The translations under genes were made by a program, and so were the position numbers. Positions 58,985 through 64,000 of a stretch of 64,000 nucleotides of DNA are shown in pieces (within the stretch, counting starts at the first letter, position 1; each line of letters opens with the position of its first letter). Below the pieces are notes generated by a model. That model searched no databases, was not told the DNA's origin, and was given only the letters and a program-made list of their open reading frames with translations. Source of the stretch: Candidatus Calditenuis fumarioli (lineage in GTDB: Archaea > Thermoproteota > Nitrososphaeria_A > Caldarchaeales > Calditenuaceae); assembly GCA_030059665.1 (NCBI GenBank), contig JANVYR010000002.1, forward strand, positions 480,001-544,000, given 5' to 3'.

Positions 58985-60187
58985 TCAGACCTCGAACCCG
59001 AAGACCTTCTTCACCAGGTGCCGGATTATCACCAGGCGCTGGATCTCGGACGTTCCCTCGTAGATCTTCATGATCTGGGTGTCCCTCAGGAACCTCTCCA
59101 CCATCCCGTCGACCATCACGCCCACGCCTCCGTGGACCTCTATCCCCTTCAGCGCAGCCCTCTCCGCTGCCTCGGTAGCGAAGAGCTTAGCGAGCGATGC
59201 CGCAATCACGGCCTCCGTCGTCAACCCCCTGTTCAGCATCGTGGCGGCCCAGTAGGTGAGCGTCCTGGCGGCGGCGAGGTCCCTCAGCATGTCGGCGAGG
59301 TAGAACTGGATCGCTTGGAAGGCCAGAATCGGACGCTCGAACGCGATCCTCTGGGCGGCGTAGTTGAGGCTCCTCTCGAAGACCCCCTGGATGACGCCCA
59401 CCGCCTGCGCGGCGATCCCGACCCTTCCGTAGTCGTACGTGACCATCGCTGCCCTGAAGCCGTCGCCGACCTCACCGACCACCGCATCGTCCGGGACCCA
59501 GACGTTGTCCAGCACCACCTCGGAGGGCATCGAACCCCTCAGGCCGGTCACCTGGATCCTCTCGCCGACCCTTAAGCCGGGGGTGCCTTTCTCCACGATG
59601 AACATGGTGAGGCCCTTGTGCCGCTCGTGTCTGCTCGGCGGGTCGCTGGTCCTCGCCAGGACCACGAAGTAGTCCGCCTTGTCGGCACCGGTGATGAAGT
59701 ACTTCTGGCCTGTGATCACCCAGCCGCCGTCCTTCCGGACGGCCCTGGTCTTGATGCCGGCGACGTCGCTCCCAGCTCCCGGCTCGGTGGTGGCGTGGGC
59801 AGCGAACTTCTCGCCCCTCGCCAGCGGTGGAATGTACTTCCTCTTCTGCTCCTCGGTGCCGAAGAAGAGCACGGGCGTCGTGAAGAGGCCCCTGACAAGG
59901 ACCGATGTGACGAAGGCCGGGCAGACCCTGCTCACCTCCTCGGTGAAGATCACGACGTTCAGGTAGTCCGAGCCCTGACCTCCGTACTCCTCGGGGATCC
60001 CGAGGCCCATGAACCCTGCCTCCGCGGCCCTCGCGTAGAGCTCCCTGGGTATCTCGTTGGTCTGCTCGATCTCCTTGACCCTCGGCTCGAGGTAACGCTC
60101 GACGAACTGCCGAACGGTCTTCCGGAAGAGCTCGTGGTCCTCCGTCAGCTCTATCCTGAAGTCCAGCACCGAATCGAAGGGCAGCAT
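58985..60187 (-). CDS. Acyl-CoA dehydrogenase
   Basis: [48 protein letters not shown]. Confidence 0.95.
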   Translation of the reverse strand: MLPFDSVLDFRIELTEDHELFRKTVRQFVERYLEPRVKEIEQTNEIPRELYARAAEAGFMGLGIPEEYGGQGSDYLNVVIFTEEVSRVCPAFVTSVLVRGLFTTPVLFFGTEEQKRKYIPPLARGEKFAAHATTEPGAGSDVAGIKTRAVRKDGGWVITGQKYFITGADKADYFVVLARTSDPPSRHERHKGLTMFIVEKGTPGLRVGERIQVTGLRGSMPSEVVLDNVWVPDDAVVGEVGDGFRAAMVTYDYGRVGIAAQAVGVIQGVFERSLNYAAQRIAFERPILAFQAIQFYLADMLRDLAAARTLTYWAATMLNRGLTTEAVIAASLAKLFATEAAERAALKGIEVHGGVGVMVDGMVERFLRDTQIMKIYEGTSEIQRLVIIRHLVKKVFGFEV

Positions 60188-60252
60188 CCCGCACCCTATC
60201 GGTCAACCGCTTGGGACTTAGCTGTTTTGCTCGCGGACTGACCGGAGGGAAC

Positions 60253-63132
60253 TCAGGAGACGATCACGCCAGGCTTGAGCGGGACGGCCTGGAGCGCCTT
60301 CCTCAGCGGATCCGGACGTGCGTAGTCGGCCTCCACCACCTCGATCTCCATGCCCAGCTCCCGCCTCAGGTAATCGGCCTCCTCCGCGTAGAGCGAAAGC
60401 TCGTTCAGTACGGCTGAGCGCAGGGCCTCCAGCGGATGCTTCTGGAGCATGGCCCTGGTCAGCTCCGCGAAGCGTCTCACGAGGTTCGCGGCCGCAGCCC
60501 TGTCCACCTCCTGCGGGAAGGACCTGACCCACCTGCCGACGTCGGCAGACCCTCTTTCCGCGACCTCCTCGAGTATCCCTGTGAAGGACTCGACAGAGCT
60601 CCGGGGCGCCACGAGTATCCTGACCCTCTCTGACCGGTCGCTCCTGACCTTCAGGATGCTCTTGACGTCCTCCACCAGCGAGTCCAGCAGCTCCTCCTCC
60701 ACTAGGACCTGCTCGGATCCCGCGACCTCGACGGCGGGCCATGAAGCTCGGGCCACGAAGTCCCTCCCTCCCAAGATCCTGTTCATCTCCTCGGCGGTGA
60801 AGGGCGCGAAGGGCGAGAGGACCACAGCCCAGGCCCTCAGGAAGGTGCGCGCCGCTGGGCCGATCGACCCTCCCCTCCTCCTCAGGTACCTCCTCCAGGC
60901 GTTCAGCATGAGGTAGACCGCGGCGTTGGCAGCGGTCCTGGTCTTGGTGACCTCCATGGAATCCTCGATAACCCTGAGGATCCTACCGAGCTCGGCCAGG
61001 AGCCACCTGTCAGCCCTCTTCACGTCGCCGTCGGGCTCAGCGGAAGAGACCTCGTGGGCGATCCTCAAAAGGTGGTCGAGCGTCCTCCGGTACTCGATCG
61101 CGTTCCTCTCCCTCCAGTCCGGATCGTCCATGTCCTCGGCCGCCAGAAGCAGAGCCAGCCTCGACGCGTCGGCACCGTACTTCGAGATCGCCACCTTGAT
61201 CGGTATGAAGTTCCCCCTGGTCTTGTGCATCTCCTCGCCCTCGACGCGGACGAGCCCGTTGACCGAGACGCCTCGGGGCCACTTGCTCCGCTCGAAGAGC
61301 GCGACGTGCTGGAAGATGAAGAAGGTCAGGTGGTTTGGTACCAGCTCCTTCGCTGAGAACCTGAAGTCGACCGGGTACCAGTACTCGAACTCCCTGCGCA
61401 TGCTCTGTAGGACCTCCGGATCGATTCCGACCGACCTGGCGATCTGAACGTAATCGCCGTTGCCCCTGAAGACGTAGTCGAGCACCTCGTACGTCAGCTG
61501 CTCGGGCCTCACCCTCCCCGAGTTCACGTAGTGGCTGATGGTGTATAGGGCCATGTAAACGGTCGAGTCGCTGAGGGTCTCGACTATCCACTCCTCGTCG
61601 AAGGGTAGCCTCGTCCCGAGGCCGGTCTTCCTCGCGCAGGGCCAGTCCTTCAGCCAGTCGACGACGTTCAGGAACCACTGCCGGACGCCCTCAGGATGGA
61701 CGTTCATGCTCCACACGCACTCCCTCACCATCTCCTTCCAGTCTTCGTCGGAGTATGTGAGGAACCACTGGTCCCTGACCACCTTGACGATGCACTCGTC
61801 ACCGGACCTGCAGACCACCTTCTCCGTCAGGTCGTAGAAGGGGAAGGCGAGGCCCATCGAACCGAGGCGTTCCTTGATGAGGTCCCGAGCCTCCCGAACC
61901 GGTAAACCCGAAAGCTCACCGCAGTTCTCGTTCATCCTCCCTTTGTAGAACTCCTCGGAGTAGACGAAGGACGTCAGCTCCTCCAAGGCCGGGTCGTTCT
62001 GGTCCTTGATACCTTTGCTCTCCACGAGCTCGACCGCGGGCATCGAACCCAAACCCTCCGTGGTGGCAATCGATATCGGCTCGAGACGCTCGACGAGCTC
62101 CCTGCTGACGCCCAACTTCTCGAGTTTGGACGGGTCGCGCTTCAGGTCCCTCAGCGCAGCGTAATCGTAGGGTGCATGTGCCGGAACGCTGTAGACGATC
62201 CCGGTGCCGAGGTCGGTCCGGACGAACTCCGCGGGGAGGACTGGCACCGCAGCCCCGGTCAGTGGAACCCTGACCGTCTTACCGATCAGGTCGCTCCCTC
62301 TGATCTTCCCGACCTCGCGGACGCCCTCGATTTGCTCGGAGAGCTTAAAGGCCGCCTCCCGGCTCAGGACGACCCTCTTCCCGTTCACCTCGACGACCGA
62401 GTACTCCACGTCCGGTCTGACCCAGACGTTGGTGGTCCCGTAAACGGTCTCAGGCCTTAGCGTGGCAGCTGCGAGGTAGAGGCCGTCGAGCTCGAAAAGG
62501 ACCGACGTGAACTCGGTGGGGCCAACGCCTTCACCGGCCATCCTGTCGTGGTCGCCGGTCGGGCTCTGGCACTTGGGACACCAGACCACAGGATGCGAAC
62601 CCCTCCTGACTCTTCCGAGGCGCTCCAGCGTGAGGTACTGCCACCGGACGAACCTGCTGTAGTACGGGTGTAGGTCGGTGGTGTGGAACTCCCTCCTCCA
62701 GTCGACCGAGAAGCCGATCGCCTTCACCACCTCCCTGTTCTCGGACGTGTAGTGCCTGCAGACCTCGACCGGATCGACGAACCGGCCTATGACCTCCTCG
62801 GGAACTCCGTCGACCTCCCGCAGTATCCTGATCAGGTTCTGGTCGCCCTTCCTCAGCCTGTCGCTTAATCCGGCGACCGCCTCACCGGTCCAGTGCCAGG
62901 CCCAGGGGAAGAGCACGTTGTACCCCTTCAGCCTCTTGTAACGGGCGTATGCGTCGGCCCTCGAGGCGGTGTAGAGGTGGCCCACGTGGAGAGGCCCGTT
63001 CTGGTACGAGTACGGGAAGGTGACGAAGACCTTCGGCCTGCCGGGATCCGGATCTGCCTCGAAGACCCTCTCGGAGACGTAGGCCTGCGCCCAGTACCTC
63101 TCGTAGTCGTAGGGCGACCTCAATCCCTCCAC
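60253..63132 (-). CDS. leuS: Leucine-tRNA ligase (archaeal type)
   Basis: FPYSYQNGPLHVGH (HIGH-like), GTGIVYSVPAHAPYD, KELVPNHL, MHKTRGN (KMSKS-like). Confidence 0.95.
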   Translation of the reverse strand: MEGLRSPYDYERYWAQAYVSERVFEADPDPGRPKVFVTFPYSYQNGPLHVGHLYTASRADAYARYKRLKGYNVLFPWAWHWTGEAVAGLSDRLRKGDQNLIRILREVDGVPEEVIGRFVDPVEVCRHYTSENREVVKAIGFSVDWRREFHTTDLHPYYSRFVRWQYLTLERLGRVRRGSHPVVWCPKCQSPTGDHDRMAGEGVGPTEFTSVLFELDGLYLAAATLRPETVYGTTNVWVRPDVEYSVVEVNGKRVVLSREAAFKLSEQIEGVREVGKIRGSDLIGKTVRVPLTGAAVPVLPAEFVRTDLGTGIVYSVPAHAPYDYAALRDLKRDPSKLEKLGVSRELVERLEPISIATTEGLGSMPAVELVESKGIKDQNDPALEELTSFVYSEEFYKGRMNENCGELSGLPVREARDLIKERLGSMGLAFPFYDLTEKVVCRSGDECIVKVVRDQWFLTYSDEDWKEMVRECVWSMNVHPEGVRQWFLNVVDWLKDWPCARKTGLGTRLPFDEEWIVETLSDSTVYMALYTISHYVNSGRVRPEQLTYEVLDYVFRGNGDYVQIARSVGIDPEVLQSMRREFEYWYPVDFRFSAKELVPNHLTFFIFQHVALFERSKWPRGVSVNGLVRVEGEEMHKTRGNFIPIKVAISKYGADASRLALLLAAEDMDDPDWRERNAIEYRRTLDHLLRIAHEVSSAEPDGDVKRADRWLLAELGRILRVIEDSMEVTKTRTAANAAVYLMLNAWRRYLRRRGGSIGPAARTFLRAWAVVLSPFAPFTAEEMNRILGGRDFVARASWPAVEVAGSEQVLVEEELLDSLVEDVKSILKVRSDRSERVRILVAPRSSVESFTGILEEVAERGSADVGRWVRSFPQEVDRAAAANLVRRFAELTRAMLQKHPLEALRSAVLNELSLYAEEADYLRRELGMEIEVVEADYARPDPLRKALQAVPLKPGVIVS

Positions 63133-63228
63133 GCACCGACTCCGCCAGTTTAAAACCGCTTTCGCGGCCGAGAACCGGACCGGTCTTCCGGATCAGGTAG
63201 AATAGCTCCCGAGGAAGGAGCTTGCGGG

Positions 63229-63570
63229 ATGACGCTCTCGGAGGAGAGGCTGAGGGAGTGCTGGGCGACGCTGAGGGAGGTGATAGCGGACCTGAGGAGC
63301 TTCGTGGAGACCGACGATTACGCCTTCATCGAGCGGGCGAAGGAGAGGGTGGCCTCCCTTGAGGACGGCGCGCTGATGGGGGAGCTCTCTGGCATCAGGG
63401 ACCTGATCAACAACGTGAGGGATATGCACCGGAAGGTCCTCGAGGCTAACGGGAGGCTCGACGACATAGACCACGGTTTGCTCGTCCAGCAGGCGGTCTA
63501 CTCGATAACGAGGGCGAACATCCTCGCGGTCGGGATAGAGTTCAGGATCAAGCGCATGAGGGGAGGTTAG
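63229..63570 (+). CDS. Conserved helical hypothetical protein
   Basis: SD-like GGAG, host codon usage, four-helix pattern. Confidence 0.65.
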   Translation: MTLSEERLRECWATLREVIADLRSFVETDDYAFIERAKERVASLEDGALMGELSGIRDLINNVRDMHRKVLEANGRLDDIDHGLLVQQAVYSITRANILAVGIEFRIKRMRGG

Positions 63571-64000
63571 GCGGCAAGCACCCTCGTGGCGTAGAGCAGG
63601 GACCCCGTGATCAGGAGGTTGAGGAGCGCCATCGGTATCAGGTAGCGCCATCCGAGGTCCAGCACCCTGTCGATCGTGAACCTCGGGTATGCCCCTCGGA
63701 TCAGCACCATCACCGTGAACAGGATCAGCGCCTTCACGATGACCCAGAAGGGAGCCGAGACGGTCTCCGGCAGGAACGGTATCGGTGGGCCGTGCCAGCC
63801 GCCGAGGTAGAGAAGGGCCCCGAGGAAGCACAGGGCCAGCGTCTTCTCGTATGCCGCCAGCTGTATGATGACGAAGTGGGCACCGGAGTACTCGGTCTGC
63901 CAGCCGAAGACGATCTCGGACTCGGCCGTGGGTATGTCGAACGGCACCCGCTCAGACTCGGCGAGGGCCGCGATGAAGAAGACCAGGAAGCCCAGGACCT
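63567..64000 (-). CDS. nuoH: Complex I subunit H (NuoH), 5' part outside window
   Basis: AESERVPFDIPTAESEIVFGWQTEYSG, RGAYPRFTID..L.LGWRYLIP. Confidence 0.93.
   Translation of the reverse strand, partial: VLGFLVFFIAALAESERVPFDIPTAESEIVFGWQTEYSGAHFVIIQLAAYEKTLALCFLGALLYLGGWHGPPIPFLPETVSAPFWVIVKALILFTVMVLIRGAYPRFTIDRVLDLGWRYLIPMALLNLLITGSLLYATRVLAA

Overview
High-GC thermophilic archaeal chromosome segment. Gene content (aIF5B, TBP, Elf1, S26e/S27e/L44e, FBP aldolase/phosphatase, CofD, intron-containing tRNA) points to TACK archaea, most plausibly Aigarchaeota/Caldarchaeales; this is inferred, not searched. Most of the window is housekeeping: translation, branched-chain amino acid, His and thiamine metabolism, F420 and Moco enzymes, and Amt/P-II. 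The main accessory region is a lower-GC island at about 7.2-13.45 kb around a two-intron tRNA-Lys(UUU). It holds a DUF4011-SF1 helicase-nuclease (Hhe-like) defence gene on one side. On the other side is a 1.6 kb element bounded by a 25-bp repeat of the tRNA 5' end, carrying a short atypical IS110-like recombinase behind a structured non-coding region. Other notable items are an orphan degenerate one-spacer CRISPR-like mini-array (17.3-17.4 kb), a C/D box sRNA whose two guides fit 16S rRNA, a nuclease fused to a SeqA/RAMA-like domain, a tandem pair of paralogous wHTH-like genes, and a glycosyltransferase interrupting the L14-L24 ribosomal gene order.
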